A DNA stretch of 64,000 bases from Candidatus Multivoradales bacterium (GCA_965248925.1 CBDFLE010000006.1:960001-1024000), one strand, 5' to 3'; numbered from the stretch's first letter, positions 29,140-40,429 are shown. A program made the numbers and translations. The notes: generated by a model from the sequence alone, not told the origin.

Positions 29140-30587
29140 CAGGGCAACGATCGCACCCTCTTTCTGATCGATGGAGTGGAGGAGAACGATCTGTGGTCGA
29201 ACATCGCCTATCTTTCGCGCCAATACCCGCTGTCCGACATCGACCGCATCGAGGTGGTCTACGGCCCGGCATCGACCATGTATGGCCCCAATGCTTTCGT
29301 CGGGGTGATCTCGATCTTGACCAAGAACGCCCGCCAACTAGTCGCCGCGGGCGAACGCATGGCGCTCCGCGCCGAGGCCGGCGGTGGTAGCTGGTCGACT
29401 TCCTGGGTCGACGCCACGGTGGCGGCGCGCAGTGACTCTGGCAGCGTCGACTTCACCCTCACCGGCCGCTTCTACAGCTCGGAGGAGTTTGACCGCTCGA
29501 GCTTTGCCGACTGGGACTACGACCCGTCCTTCTACGCTCCGGAGAACGACGCGGTGCGCGGTGGCAGCAATTACCGCGGCCTCAACACCGAGCAGACCGA
29601 GCGCGCCCGCGACGATCTCAAGCTGGTGCTCGGCGGACGCCTCGACAACAACGACGCCGGGGCCCGGGTCGGGGTGCTCGACGCCGCGGGAAATCCGCTG
29701 GTGGTGACCGGCGCTATGGCAGTGAGTTCAATCCCCGCCTGGCGGTGGTCTACAGCCCCGGTGATCTGGTCCTCAAAGCGATTTACGCAGAGGCCTTCAA
29801 GGACGCCTCGAATTTCAACCGGTACGCCACCGCCGCCGGCATTCGGGACCTGCAGAACCCGTTTCTCAAGCCTGAGAAAATGGAGAATTTTGAGCTCGCC
29901 CTGGGCTGGGAGGGGGCGGCCCGGTGGAGCACTCAAACCAGCATCTACCAGGCAACCTACAGTGGCGCGGTCGGCCAAGTGCGGGTGCCGTTTCAGGGCG
30001 GCAGCACCGTCCAAAACCAGAATGTCGGCGCTCTCAAGATCCACGGACTGACGACCTCCGCGCGGTACCGGCGCGAGGGCTTCGGACTGTTCGCCAACTA
30101 CAGCTGGACCGAGCCGAAGAACCTCCAGCCCAGGGACAGCGCGGGCGACCGCTACCTCGACCCCGACGGCCGGCCAATCGCTGAGGTGCGGCTTGGCGAC
30201 ATCGCCGAGCACCGTCTCAACCTGGGCCTCGACCTGGCATGGCGGGTGCACTTCGAGTTCGACCTGCGGCTGTCATGGGTCGGTGACCGCGACACCTTCG
30301 ATGTTTGCAGCAACTGCCTGCCAGGTGGAGGCACCAGAGACGGCGAGCCTCCAGCGATGGCGACTGTCGGCAATCCGCTGCGCGAGATCGACGCCTATCT
30401 CGATGTCAACGCCACTCTGACCTGGAAAGATCCACTGCCCGCCAGCCGCCTGCAGCTGGTGCTGCGGAATCTGCTCGACAGCGAGTACGAGCACCCCGGA
30501 GTCCGCAGCGCCGATGGCAGGGTGTTCGCCACCAGCCAGCCGCAGAACGAGCGCAGCATCTTCCTCCGCTGGGCGGTGGGATTCTGA
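29140..30587 (+). pseudogene. TonB-dependent receptor remnant (5'-truncated, internally deleted, frameshifted)
   Basis: TLFLIDG...RIEVVYGPASTMYG plug; frame change near 29740; ends RWAVGF. Confidence 0.85.
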
Positions 30588-30591
30588 GCCG

Positions 30592-31293
30592 GTGGAACCA
30601 CGAAGAAATCCGTTGGGCAGCCGGCCAGCGACTCGCGTCGACTTCATCAAGACTTCGCCGAGCGGCAACATCACGGCGCTGGTGCTACCGCTGGTGAAGC
30701 GCTCGCGGCAGGTCGAGATCGCCCATCGCCTGCTGCGCTACGACCCGCAGCTCGAGCAGGTCGGATTCGTCGAGCCCGCAGCGGGCAAAGCTATGGCCCG
30801 ACTACAGATGATGGGCGGCGAACTGTGCGGCAACGGCGCCTGTGCGCTGGCCTGGCATCTGCGATCCCAGGTCGAACCAGTGGCCGAAGGTAGGCGCCGC
30901 CTGCGGCGGGCGATCATCAGCCCCCACAACCTGCCGTCTCTAGCCACTTTTCTCAACCACTGCGGCCATCTGGTAGAGCACTCCTACCCTCAGCTGCGGG
31001 GCTACGGCGAGCCCCGGTTGGCGGTGTGTGCGCAGCTCAGCGGCGCTGCCGATCTACACTACCGCATCGATCCAGCCTGCCTCGATCAACAGCTGGGGAG
31101 CGGCCAGGAAGGCGAAGACCATCTGCTGATCGATGGCACCAACCCGGCCGCTCTGCAGACCGCCCAGGCGCGGGGCTTCTACCCGGTGGCCCTACTGCCC
31201 TACACCGAAGACAGCGCCACTACGCACCTGCTGGGGTTACCCGCCAAGCGTCTCGCACTGCGCTATTCTGGGCCGCCCGCAAGGGTCGACTGA
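30592..31293 (+). pseudogene. DapF/CntK-like racemase N-terminal half fused to an unrelated C-terminal segment
   Basis: FIKTSPSGNITALV, QVGFVEP, MMGGELCGNGA; second DapF lobe is absent. Confidence 0.55.
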
Positions 31294-32957
31294 TGCGCTT
31301 CAGCTTCCGGCGCCAGCTTCTCGAATTATTCGAGATTCGCTCTGGCGAAGGCCTTGCGATCGGTCTGCTACTGCTCTACTCGTCGTTGTCGGGCATTGTC
31401 GTAGGGTTCTATTTCACGGTCGCCAACGCCGCTTTCCTGAGCCAGTTCGACCTCTCCCAACTGCGCCAGATCCTACCCTTCGCCTATATGGCTTCGGGGG
31501 TCGTGGCAGCGCTGGCGGCGGCTCTTTTCGCTACCGCCGAGCATCGTCTCTCGCTACCCACGCTGCTGCTTGGCAATACGGCCTGCTTATTTTTCGTCGT
31601 GGGGGGCTTCGCGGTGGGATTCGGGCGCTCCAGCGGCGACCTGCTCAGCATCGCCAGCATTGTCTTCGTCGTCCCCATCCTGACCTTGCTCGATCTCGGC
31701 TTCTGGGGGTTTGGCCGGAGGTCTGCTCGACCTCGAACAGAGCAAGCGCCTACTCGGCGTCGTCAGCTCGGGCGAGGTGCTGTTAGCAGCGCTGAGCTTC
31801 CTCGCCGTGCCGTTGCTCTTCGACGCTGGCTTCGGCGCCGTGCTGCTGCTGACTCTTGCCACCGCCGCCTTACTCGCGACCCTACTCCTACTGCCGGTGA
31901 TCTTCGCCTGCCACCGGCAACGCCTCGAGGACAGCGGCGAGACTCTCGCCGAGCGATCCGCCGATGAGCCGGACGCGGCAGTCCAGAACAGCGCGGCGCG
32001 ACGCTACCTAGCCCTGATGACCGCGGTCACCTTGCTGTTCATCCTGACGCAGTATTTTGTCGACTACAGCTTCCTAACCGAGATCCGCCAAACGATTCCG
32101 CAGCGGGGGGAGCTGACCCGCTTTCTAGGTTGGTTCTTCTTCGCCACTAAGACTCTTGAGTTGATCGTCAAGACCGTCGGGCTCGGCCGCCTGCTGCGCC
32201 ATTTGGGCCTGTTCGGCGCCGGTGGCCTGCTGGCGCTGCTGGCCCGCAGCCCGATCCTCGGCGGCCTGGGGCCACGGCTGATGATCATGGCTTCGCTGCT
32301 CTGTGCCTGGTTGGCGGCCAGCTTGGCACTCTTTAGCGAGTATCGCGAACACCTCCTGGAGGCCCTCGACCGGCAAACTAGCCAGCTGCTCAACTCTCCG
32401 CTGGAGACCATCCGCAATCAGCTGGCGGGCGCCGAGCGCGATGAGCTGAGACTAGTGCTCAACGTGCTGCAGCGAGTCGAGCCGGAGTTCTTCAACCGTT
32501 CGCTGGCCGAGCTGCTGAGATCGCCGAAGCTGGCCAGCCGGAGCGAAGCGGTGGAGAGGGTGATCGAGCTGCGGCTGCTCCGAGCAGGGATAGAGCGGTT
32601 CGAGGCGGCTGAGAGCGATCTTCAGCTGCGCCAGCGGGCCGCGGAAGCCCTGCGCATCCTTAGACCAGGCCGAGCACTCTTCTAACACCCTCGAGAAAGT
32701 CACGGCACTGGCCGCCGGGGCGCTGCTCGAAACGGTAGGCAGTGCTCCCCAGGAGCTGTTCCTCAAGCTGCTCGCGGATGCCGACGTCCTGGGGGAGATC
32801 GCGGTATTCGAATCCGGCAAACGGGTTGCCAACGCCACCTCTATCGGCCCAAGCCGTCTGCTGCGGGTCGACCGCCAGCAGCTCACCGACCTGCTGGCAG
32901 ACCACTTCGAGATGCTACCGACATTTATCCAGGTCATCACCCAACGCCGGGCCTGAA
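31293..32957 (+). pseudogene. Npt/TLC-like MFS-HEAT-cNMP protein, fragmented
   Basis: LFEIRSGE, QSKRLLGVV, FVDYSF; frameshift near 31710; HEAT and cNMP (LGEIAVF) remnants. Confidence 0.7.
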
Positions 32958-33066
32958 GGATCCCCCGGAGGGTCCCGATGAGACCCAGGAGCACGAGATC
33001 GAAGCTGACTATCGCCACGATCCACGGGATTTGATTGACACCCTCGAGCGCTTCAATGCCTTCGAG

Positions 33067-33444
33067 CTATCCGCCGACCTCTTCGGTCGTGGCGTCATCA
33101 GCGCTGGCGGCAAAGCTGGCCACCGCCTCGGCTTCGTCGTCGTAGGATTCCAACAGCGGTAGGACCTGGCTGATCTCGAGCACGTCGCGAATCCGCCCAG
33201 CGGTCGACAGCAGCTTGAGCCGCGAGCCAAAACGGCCCGCCAGGCGATAGCCGGCCACCAACTCGCCAACCCCGGCACTATCGATACGGCTGAGTCCGGA
33301 CATGTTGAGCAGGATCTGCTTCCACTCGGCGGCAACCAGTTCGTTGATCACCTCGCGCAGCATCTCCTCAGGGCCACCGGCGATCAGACGGCCTTCGAGA
33401 TCGACGATCAGAGTTTTGCCGGACTGACGAAGTTCTACGTGCAT
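33067..33444 (-). CDS. STAS anti-sigma factor antagonist
   Basis: IVDLEGRL, LLNMSGLSRIDSAGVGELV. Confidence 0.92.
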   Translation of the reverse strand: MHVELRQSGKTLIVDLEGRLIAGGPEEMLREVINELVAAEWKQILLNMSGLSRIDSAGVGELVAGYRLAGRFGSRLKLLSTAGRIRDVLEISQVLPLLESYDDEAEAVASFAASADDATTEEVGG

Positions 33445-33570
33445 AAGCTAAGCTCTCCTGGGTTCGCGGAGGCCGCAGGATAGCACGGCCAGAGGGCGGT
33501 GAAGCGATCGTCAGGGCACCGTCACAACAACCTCGGCGGCAGAGGGAATGTTGAGCAAGGGAGAGGGTCG

Positions 33571-33850
33571 ATGGCCGAGCGAGCAAGCGAGCAAGACACC
33601 GCCGTAGGCGATTTCATGAGGCGGAATTTCCGCCACTTCAACGCCCGCTCTGTGGTCGAAGCGGCCGCCGCTTGGGTTGCTCAGCTAGACCAGGGCAACC
33701 ACATGTTCCTTACCTTGGCGGGGGCCATGAGCACTGCTGAAATCGGCCTACAACTGACCGAGATGATCCGCCGCGGCAAAGTCCACGGCATCTGCTGCAC
33801 CGGCGCCTACCCCGAGGAAGAGCTGTTCAACCTAGTCCCCCACGACCACC
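33571..33850 (+). pseudogene. 5' fragment of a deoxyhypusine synthase-like gene
   Basis: FMRRNFRHFNARSVVEAA...LAGAMSTAEIG, paralogous to 41455..42435; truncated. Confidence 0.85.
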
Positions 33851-33907
33851 ATGTGGGCTTCCGGATTGATCGAGAAAAACCCTCGGCCCCAGCGGTCGAC
33901 CGAGTAG
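33851..33907 (-). pseudogene. Micro-fragment of a second speA copy
   Basis: Encodes YSVDRWGRGFFSINPEAH versus YRVDSWGRGFFSINPRGH at 26239-26295. Confidence 0.7.
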
Positions 33908-34015
33908 GGATCGAGCGAGCTGGCGGTCGCTGCTTGTGGCGGCTCGAGGGCGGATTGATCGACCGTCTACCTGGCTGCGTAGCATTAGGATACGATCCCC
34001 CCCACCAAACGCCTT

Positions 34016-35800
34016 ATGAACACCAGAATCTTGGACTTCTTGCCGATGAACATTGCTGCAGATTGGCCGCGGCGCATGGCCGGCGCCGCGGCGCTCGGGC
34101 TGTGGGCGTTGGCCTGCTCGGTAGAGTCTCCGGCGCCCGGCGGCGGCGACACCTCACATGCGCCGTGGTTCGTCGAGGTGCAGGACACCTCGGGACTCGA
34201 CTTCCGCCACCAGCACGGCGGCAGCGGCGAGCGCTACATGATCGAAACCATGACCGGCGGCGCCGGCTTGCTCGACTTCGACAACGATGGTTGGCTCGAC
34301 GCCTACCTGGTGCAGAGTGGGCCGCTGCCGGGTTTCGCCGATCAGACACCGCTACCCAACCAGCTCTATCGCCACCGCGGCGACGGGATCAACTTCGAAG
34401 ACGTCACCGAGGGCTCGGGAGCCGGCGACACCGGCTACGGCATCGGCACCTGCTTCGGCGACATCGACAACGACGGCTGGATCGACATCTACGTCACCAA
34501 TCTCGGTCAGGACACGCTGCTGCGCAACCGCGGCCTGAGCGACGGCCGAGTCACCTTCGAAGACGTCACCGCGGCGGCCGGCATCGACAGCCCGGCCTAT
34601 GGCTCGAGCTGCGCTTTCGCCGACTACGACCGCGACGGCTGCCTCGACCTGTTCGTGGTCAACTTTGTCAACTTCACCCTTGAGAACCACCTGCGCTGCG
34701 GCGCCGAGAAGTTGCGCACCTACTGCTCGCCCGACGTCTACGACGGCCTGCCCGACCAGCTCTACCGCAATCACTGCGACGGCTCAGGCGGTTTCGACGA
34801 CGTCTCCGAGGCCGCCGGGGTGGTCAACCACGACCCCGAGCAGGGCAAGGGGTTGGGGGTGGTTTGGACCGACTTCGATGACGACGGCGACCTCGACATC
34901 TACGTCGCCAACGACTCGACTCGCAACTTCCTCTACAGCAACCGCGGCGACGGCACCTTCGAGGACGTGGCGATCTTCGCCGGCGCCGCCTTCAACGACC
35001 GCGGCCTGACCGAAGCCAGCATGGGGCTCGACGCCGGCGACTACGACGGCGACGGCCGCCTCGACCTGTTCATGACCCACCTCGACTTCGAGTCCAACAC
35101 CCTCTATCGCAACGCCCCCAACAACCTCTTCCTCGACTCCAGCGCCATGACCGGGGTGGTGACGCCGAGCGCCACGCGGGTCGGCTTCGGAACCAACTTC
35201 CTCGACTTCGACCACGATGGCGACAACGATCTCTTCGTCGCCAACGGCCATATTCTCGACAACGCCAAGGAGCGTAATCCGACCCTCGACTACGAGCAGC
35301 GCAACCAGCTGCTGGAGAATCGCGATGGCCGTTTCGTCGACGTTTCGGGGCAGGCCGGCGAGCATTTCACGATCCGCCGGGTCGGCCGGGCCTCGGCCAC
35401 CGGCGACCTCGACAACGACGGCGATCTCGATCTGCTGATCGCCAACTCCAACCGCGAGGTCGTGGTGCTGCGCAACCAGCGCGAGCTGATCGGCGGCGGG
35501 CGCCGCTGGCTGATGCTGCGCCTGCTGAGCCGCCACGGTGGCCGCGACGCGATCGGCAGCCGAGTGCGGGTCATTGCCGGCGATCGGATCTGGGTCGACG
35601 AGATCCACAGCGGCGCCAGCTACCTCGCCCAGAGCGATCTGCGGGTCCATTTCGGACTGGGAGAGATCGATCGCATCGACCGGATCGAGATCCGCTGGCC
35701 GGAGGGGGAAATCCAGCAGCTCGATGGCGCCGGCTTGGAGCTCGACCGGCTGCACACCCTCCGCCAGCCGGCTGCGCCAGCCGCGGAGGAAGGCCGATGA
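34016..35800 (+). CDS. CRTAC1-family FG-GAP/VCBS repeat protein with ASPIC/UnbV domain (lipoprotein)
   Basis: Multiple DxDxDGxxD repeats; AIGSRV...SYLAQSDLRVHFGLG; lipobox ALAC. Confidence 0.93.
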   Translation: MNTRILDFLPMNIAADWPRRMAGAAALGLWALACSVESPAPGGGDTSHAPWFVEVQDTSGLDFRHQHGGSGERYMIETMTGGAGLLDFDNDGWLDAYLVQSGPLPGFADQTPLPNQLYRHRGDGINFEDVTEGSGAGDTGYGIGTCFGDIDNDGWIDIYVTNLGQDTLLRNRGLSDGRVTFEDVTAAAGIDSPAYGSSCAFADYDRDGCLDLFVVNFVNFTLENHLRCGAEKLRTYCSPDVYDGLPDQLYRNHCDGSGGFDDVSEAAGVVNHDPEQGKGLGVVWTDFDDDGDLDIYVANDSTRNFLYSNRGDGTFEDVAIFAGAAFNDRGLTEASMGLDAGDYDGDGRLDLFMTHLDFESNTLYRNAPNNLFLDSSAMTGVVTPSATRVGFGTNFLDFDHDGDNDLFVANGHILDNAKERNPTLDYEQRNQLLENRDGRFVDVSGQAGEHFTIRRVGRASATGDLDNDGDLDLLIANSNREVVVLRNQRELIGGGRRWLMLRLLSRHGGRDAIGSRVRVIAGDRIWVDEIHSGASYLAQSDLRVHFGLGEIDRIDRIEIRWPEGEIQQLDGAGLELDRLHTLRQPAAPAAEEGR

Positions 35801-37275
35801 CCCGCTCGCTGAGGGTGCTTTGCGCCGCGGCCCTGCTGCTCGCTGCCTGCGCTGCCGATCCATCGCCGCCGCCGGCCTACCAGCTGACGCCGGAAGAGCA
35901 AGCGCTGATGGCCCGGATCACCGAGCTGCAATCGCTGCGCGAGTACGATGAAGGCATCGCCGCGGCCGAGGCTTTTCTCGCCACCCATCCCGACGCCCGC
36001 CGGATCCACTACGCGATAGGCGTGTTGCACGGCCTGTCGGACCGGCACCGGCAGGCGCTGGCAGCTTTCGAGCAAGAGCTGGCCATCGACCCGACTCATC
36101 TGGCGAGCTATCGCGGCAGCGCCACGGCACATACCTTGCTCGGCCAAGCAGAGGCCGCTATCGAGAAGCTCCGTCAGGCATTGCAGATCGCTGCCGATCG
36201 TCCCGAGGTCATGCTGGATCTTGGTAGGGCACTTTCGAACTTCGGCCAACTCGACCAAGCCGAGCCGCTACTGCGCCAGGCGTCTCACAGCGGTGGCGCA
36301 GCAGCCCGGGTCGAGCTCGGCATCCTGCTGCGCCGCCAGGGCCGGCTCGAGGAGGCGGCGGAGGCCTTCCGCAAGGCTCTGCAAGAGGATCCTCGGCAGC
36401 TCAGTGCGATGTCCAACCTCGGCCAGACTTTGAGCGCGCTGGGTCGAGCCGCCGAGGGCCAAGCTCTCTTGCGGCATCACGCCCGGCAGGCATCCCTGCA
36501 CGACCGACTCGATATCTATCAGCGCAGTAGCCTGCTCGAGGGCGCGACAGCGGCCAACTTCCTGCAATTGGCGATACTGCAAATCCGCTCCCGCAAGACC
36601 GCCGAGGCCGTCGAGTCCTATCGCCGAGCCCTGGAGCTGGATCCTCGATCGACGACCGCCACCCTCGGTCTGGCGGCTCTCTTCCGCCAGAACGGACAAG
36701 CCGGCGAGGCGACCAAGTGGACGGTCCACACCCTGCTGATCGATCCGCAAAACAGCAAGGCGCACTTTCTCCTCGGCATGCTCCGCTTGTCGAAGGGGCA
36801 GCTCGATCTGGCGCTACAAGCTTTCGCGACTTCGCGCCAGCACGAACCTTGGCAGGCCGAGGCCTACTGGCGAACCGGTAACGTCCTTCGATCCCGCTCC
36901 CAGCTGGACCAGGCAGAGCAACACTACCGTCAAGCGCTGGCCTTGAATCCAGAATCAGCGCCAGCACTCTTCGGCATCGGCTTCAGCCAAATGTTGCGAG
37001 GCGAACCAGACCTGGCCATCGCCAACTTACGCCACGCGGCCGCACTGAATAGCTCGGACGCCGACAGTCAGCTGCTGCTCGGCCTGGCGCTGGCCGCCAG
37101 CGGTGACCCTGCGGGGGCAGAAGATATCTGGCGCTCGGCCGCCACCCTGCACCGACTCGATCTGCTGACCGGCAAGACCCTCGAGCAGCTACTGGCACCG
37201 TTCTCGGCCTTGCAAGCCCTCGACGCCACCGCCGCCGGCTTGGAGCGCTACCGGGCGCTGTTGGCGCCGGGGTAG
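35797..37275 (+). CDS. TPR lipoprotein
   Basis: Lipobox LAAC; many TPR repeats; ATGA coupling. Confidence 0.9.
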   Translation: MTRSLRVLCAAALLLAACAADPSPPPAYQLTPEEQALMARITELQSLREYDEGIAAAEAFLATHPDARRIHYAIGVLHGLSDRHRQALAAFEQELAIDPTHLASYRGSATAHTLLGQAEAAIEKLRQALQIAADRPEVMLDLGRALSNFGQLDQAEPLLRQASHSGGAAARVELGILLRRQGRLEEAAEAFRKALQEDPRQLSAMSNLGQTLSALGRAAEGQALLRHHARQASLHDRLDIYQRSSLLEGATAANFLQLAILQIRSRKTAEAVESYRRALELDPRSTTATLGLAALFRQNGQAGEATKWTVHTLLIDPQNSKAHFLLGMLRLSKGQLDLALQAFATSRQHEPWQAEAYWRTGNVLRSRSQLDQAEQHYRQALALNPESAPALFGIGFSQMLRGEPDLAIANLRHAAALNSSDADSQLLLGLALAASGDPAGAEDIWRSAATLHRLDLLTGKTLEQLLAPFSALQALDATAAGLERYRALLAPG

Positions 37276-37284
37276 GGCCGAGCG

Positions 37285-39543
37285 GTGTTGAGGCGGTACA
37301 GCGCCTGCCTGCTGGCGGCGGCCCTGCAGATCTCCTGCGGTGAAGCCGAAGACCGCTCCCAGCCTACGGGCTCTCACCTCCCAGCGACCTCACCGGCCCG
37401 GCCAGCCGTGGTAGAGCCCCATCGACCCGCCCCCATCCGACCGCCGGGCAATGCGGATCTGCCCCCCTTCTCGGAGCTGCTTTCCGAGGCCATCGAAGCC
37501 CCCGACCCGATGCGCTCGCTGACTCTGGGCCGGCAACGGGTCGCCCTGGTCCGGGACCGCCTGGATCGCGCCGGCAAGGCGCGCGAGCGTTTTCAGCTGA
37601 CCGTCGCGCTGGGCCGCGAGCAGCTCTGGGCTGGTCAGACCGAGGAGGCGATCAAGACCTTTCGCGGGGCGCTCGAGATGCCGGCGGCGACCGAGCATGC
37701 CGAGGAACGCCGCCAAGTGCGCAAATGGGTGGCGATCGCCTACCTCCGCCTGGGCGAGGAAGAGAACTGCCTGGCGCTGCACCGGGCGGGCTCGTGCATC
37801 TTGCCGATCGCCGAGGACGCTCGCCACGTCGAGCAACGCGGCTCAAAGGCCGCCATGGCGGAGCTGATCGCGCTGCTCGCCGAGAAGCCCACCCCTGGGC
37901 TGCGCTGGCTGCTGAACCTGGCGGCGATGACCCTCGGCGAGTATCCCGACGGGGTTCCCGCCGAGCACCGCCTCCCCCGCCGCCTGCTGGCGGGCGAAAC
38001 CAGCGAGTTGCCGCGATTCGTCGACCGGGCGGCGGAGTTCGGGCTCTCGGCAGCTGGACTCTCGGGCGGCGTCGTCACCGAGGACTTCGACGGCGACGGC
38101 CGGCTCGACGTGATGGTGTCCTCATGGGGGCTGCACGATCCGCTACGGTTGTTCCGCAACCAGGGCAATGGCACCTTCGCCGAGGCTGGCACCGCGGCCG
38201 GTCTCGGAGATGAGCTGGGCGGCTTGAACCTGATCCACGCCGACGACAACAACGACGGCCATCCCGACGTGCTGGTGCTGCGCGGCGCCTGGTTGGGCGC
38301 CGCCGGGCTGCATCCCAACTCGCTGTTGCGCAACCACGGCGACGGCACCTTCAGCAACGTCACCCTAGAAGCCGGCCTGCTCGGCTACGCCCCGACCCAG
38401 ACCGCGGCTTGGGCCGACTACGACGGCGATGGTTGGCTCGATCTGTTGATCGGCAACGAGGCCGGCAGCGGCGCCTACACACCCTGCCAGCTGTATCGCA
38501 ATCACGGCGACGGCACCTACTCGGACGTCGCGCCGCAGCTCGGGCTGGACATCTCGGCCTTCGTCAAAGGGGTCGCCTGGGGCGACTACGACGACGACGG
38601 CTGGCCTGATCTCTACCTGTCGATCTTCGGCCAGCCCAACCGGCTGTTGCGCAACCAAGGTCCGGCGGCCGGTTTTCGCTTTGCCGACGTCACCCGGGCC
38701 GCCGGGGTGGCGCAGCCGCTCAAGAGCTTCGCCACCTGGTTCTGGGACTACGACAACGACGGCCTGCTCGACCTGCTCGCCGCTTCCTACTCGGGCCTCA
38801 GCGCCGAGTCGCTCGACGAGGTGGTCCGCGACCTGCTCGGCGAAGAGACCGCGGGCGAGCGGCCGCGCCTCTACCGCAACCGCGGCGACGGCACCTTCGA
38901 AGACCACACCGCGGCGGCCGGCCTCGACACCGTGCTGCTGGCGATGGGCGCCAACTACGGCGATCTCGACAACGACGGCTTTCTCGACGTCTACTTCGGC
39001 ACCGGCGAGCCGAGCTTCTCGACCCTGGTGCCCAACCGCATGTTCCACAACCGAGCCGGCCGCACCTTTGACGACGTCTCGCTCGCCGCCGGCTTCGGCC
39101 ATCTGCAGAAGGGCCACGCCATCGCCTTCGCCGACCTCGACAACGACGGCGACCAGGATGTCTACGCGGTGATCGGCGGCGCCTATGCCGGCGACGTCTA
39201 CCCCGATGCGGTGTTCGTCAACCCGGGCAGCAGCAACCGCTGGCTGACCCTGCGCCTCGAAGGCAGGCGCGCCAACCGATCGGCGATCGGCGCGAGGGTC
39301 GAGGTCCGAGTGGTGGCGCCCGGCGGCGAACGTTCGATCTTCCGCACCGTCAGCACCGGTGGCAGCTTCGGCTCGTCGAGCTTGCAGCTGGAGATCGGCT
39401 TGGGCTCGGCCGCGGAGCTGCTGGAGGTGAACATTCGCTGGCCGCTTCCGGGTCTGGGCCGGCAACGCTTCACCGATCTCGAGAGCAATACGATCTACCG
39501 CTTGATCGAGGGCGAGCAGGAGGCGATTCGAGAGCTACCCTAG
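37285..39543 (+). CDS. CRTAC1-family protein with N-terminal helical/TPR region
   Basis: YLRLGEEENC; FG-GAP repeats; GHLQKGH; AIGARV...GGSFGSSSL. Confidence 0.92.
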   Translation: MLRRYSACLLAAALQISCGEAEDRSQPTGSHLPATSPARPAVVEPHRPAPIRPPGNADLPPFSELLSEAIEAPDPMRSLTLGRQRVALVRDRLDRAGKARERFQLTVALGREQLWAGQTEEAIKTFRGALEMPAATEHAEERRQVRKWVAIAYLRLGEEENCLALHRAGSCILPIAEDARHVEQRGSKAAMAELIALLAEKPTPGLRWLLNLAAMTLGEYPDGVPAEHRLPRRLLAGETSELPRFVDRAAEFGLSAAGLSGGVVTEDFDGDGRLDVMVSSWGLHDPLRLFRNQGNGTFAEAGTAAGLGDELGGLNLIHADDNNDGHPDVLVLRGAWLGAAGLHPNSLLRNHGDGTFSNVTLEAGLLGYAPTQTAAWADYDGDGWLDLLIGNEAGSGAYTPCQLYRNHGDGTYSDVAPQLGLDISAFVKGVAWGDYDDDGWPDLYLSIFGQPNRLLRNQGPAAGFRFADVTRAAGVAQPLKSFATWFWDYDNDGLLDLLAASYSGLSAESLDEVVRDLLGEETAGERPRLYRNRGDGTFEDHTAAAGLDTVLLAMGANYGDLDNDGFLDVYFGTGEPSFSTLVPNRMFHNRAGRTFDDVSLAAGFGHLQKGHAIAFADLDNDGDQDVYAVIGGAYAGDVYPDAVFVNPGSSNRWLTLRLEGRRANRSAIGARVEVRVVAPGGERSIFRTVSTGGSFGSSSLQLEIGLGSAAELLEVNIRWPLPGLGRQRFTDLESNTIYRLIEGEQEAIRELP

Positions 39544-39555
39544 CCTGCTGCGCTC

Positions 39556-39591
39556 AACAAAAATGGCATCCCGAAGGATGCCATTTTTGTT
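39556..39591. terminator. Bidirectional intrinsic terminator
   Basis: Perfect 16-bp inverted repeat AACAAAAATGGCATCC-cgaa-GGATGCCATTTTTGTT between convergent genes. Confidence 0.9.
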
Positions 39592-39620
39592 AGACAAGCT
39601 GTAGCCGCGGTCGATCTGGA

Positions 39621-40292
39621 TCAATCGACGGTGAAGCCCTGCAGCTCGACCGGCACCAACGAGCAGCCGGTGGCGGTGACTTCGATGATGTCCAGGGTGT
39701 ACGCTCCGGCAGCTGTGTTCCAGCCATCGGCGATCAAGAAGTAATCAGTCCCTGCGGTGGCAGTGAAAGTAATGTCTTCTCCGGTACCACCATTGTCCTG
39801 GGAAGCGATGCAAGTTCCCGCCAGATTCGTGCAGTCGGTGACGACGTAGATCACCTCGTCATGAGCGCCATCTATCAGAGCATTGACATCGCAGGTGACA
39901 TCGACTTGCACCCGCCAGGCTTCGTCGTTGGCGCTGCTATTGAAAGTCGTGTCACAAACCCCACCGATGCCGGCGATGTCATAGTCGGCGGAAAGAGCGG
40001 TGGTGTCACCGCCACTGGAGTACGGCACGGCGCCAACCTCGTTCGTCGTGCCAGGGCACATGTCAGCGGGCGCGCGATTGATCGGCAGGACCTTCTGACC
40101 CAGGATGGTCGCGGTGCCGGCCGGAGCCTTGGCGGCTGGCATCATCTCTTGGTAGGCGGCCCGCTCGCTCGGGGTCAAGCTATGCCAGGTCAATTTGACC
40201 TGATCCCAGTCGATGTCCTGAGCGGCGAGAGGGCTGGTGAGCAGCAAGGCGACAATGGCTAGCAAACAAGCGAGGCGTGAGAAGCTCTTCAT
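39621..40292 (-). CDS. Secreted Cys-containing PPC-like domain protein ending in PVELQGFTVD
   Basis: Signal peptide; EDITFTATAGTDYFLIADGW...GAYTLDI; C-terminal PVEL motif. Confidence 0.85.
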   Translation of the reverse strand: MKSFSRLACLLAIVALLLTSPLAAQDIDWDQVKLTWHSLTPSERAAYQEMMPAAKAPAGTATILGQKVLPINRAPADMCPGTTNEVGAVPYSSGGDTTALSADYDIAGIGGVCDTTFNSSANDEAWRVQVDVTCDVNALIDGAHDEVIYVVTDCTNLAGTCIASQDNGGTGEDITFTATAGTDYFLIADGWNTAAGAYTLDIIEVTATGCSLVPVELQGFTVD

Positions 40293-40429
40293 GAATAACT
40301 CCAAAGTTCTGTTTCGAGACGGCTCGGATCAACGGCCATCTCAGGTACTCATACACTCAAGCTTTCTTGCCACATGGCTCGAAGCTCGGCAATCTCCAAA
40401 CAATCTGTTGGGCTGGTTAGGTCTGGATC

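Noticed and set aside
33499-34683. 394-aa DHS fusion ORF
   Set aside because: Only about 90 aa are DHS-like; the rest is off-frame read-through over the CRTAC1 gene.
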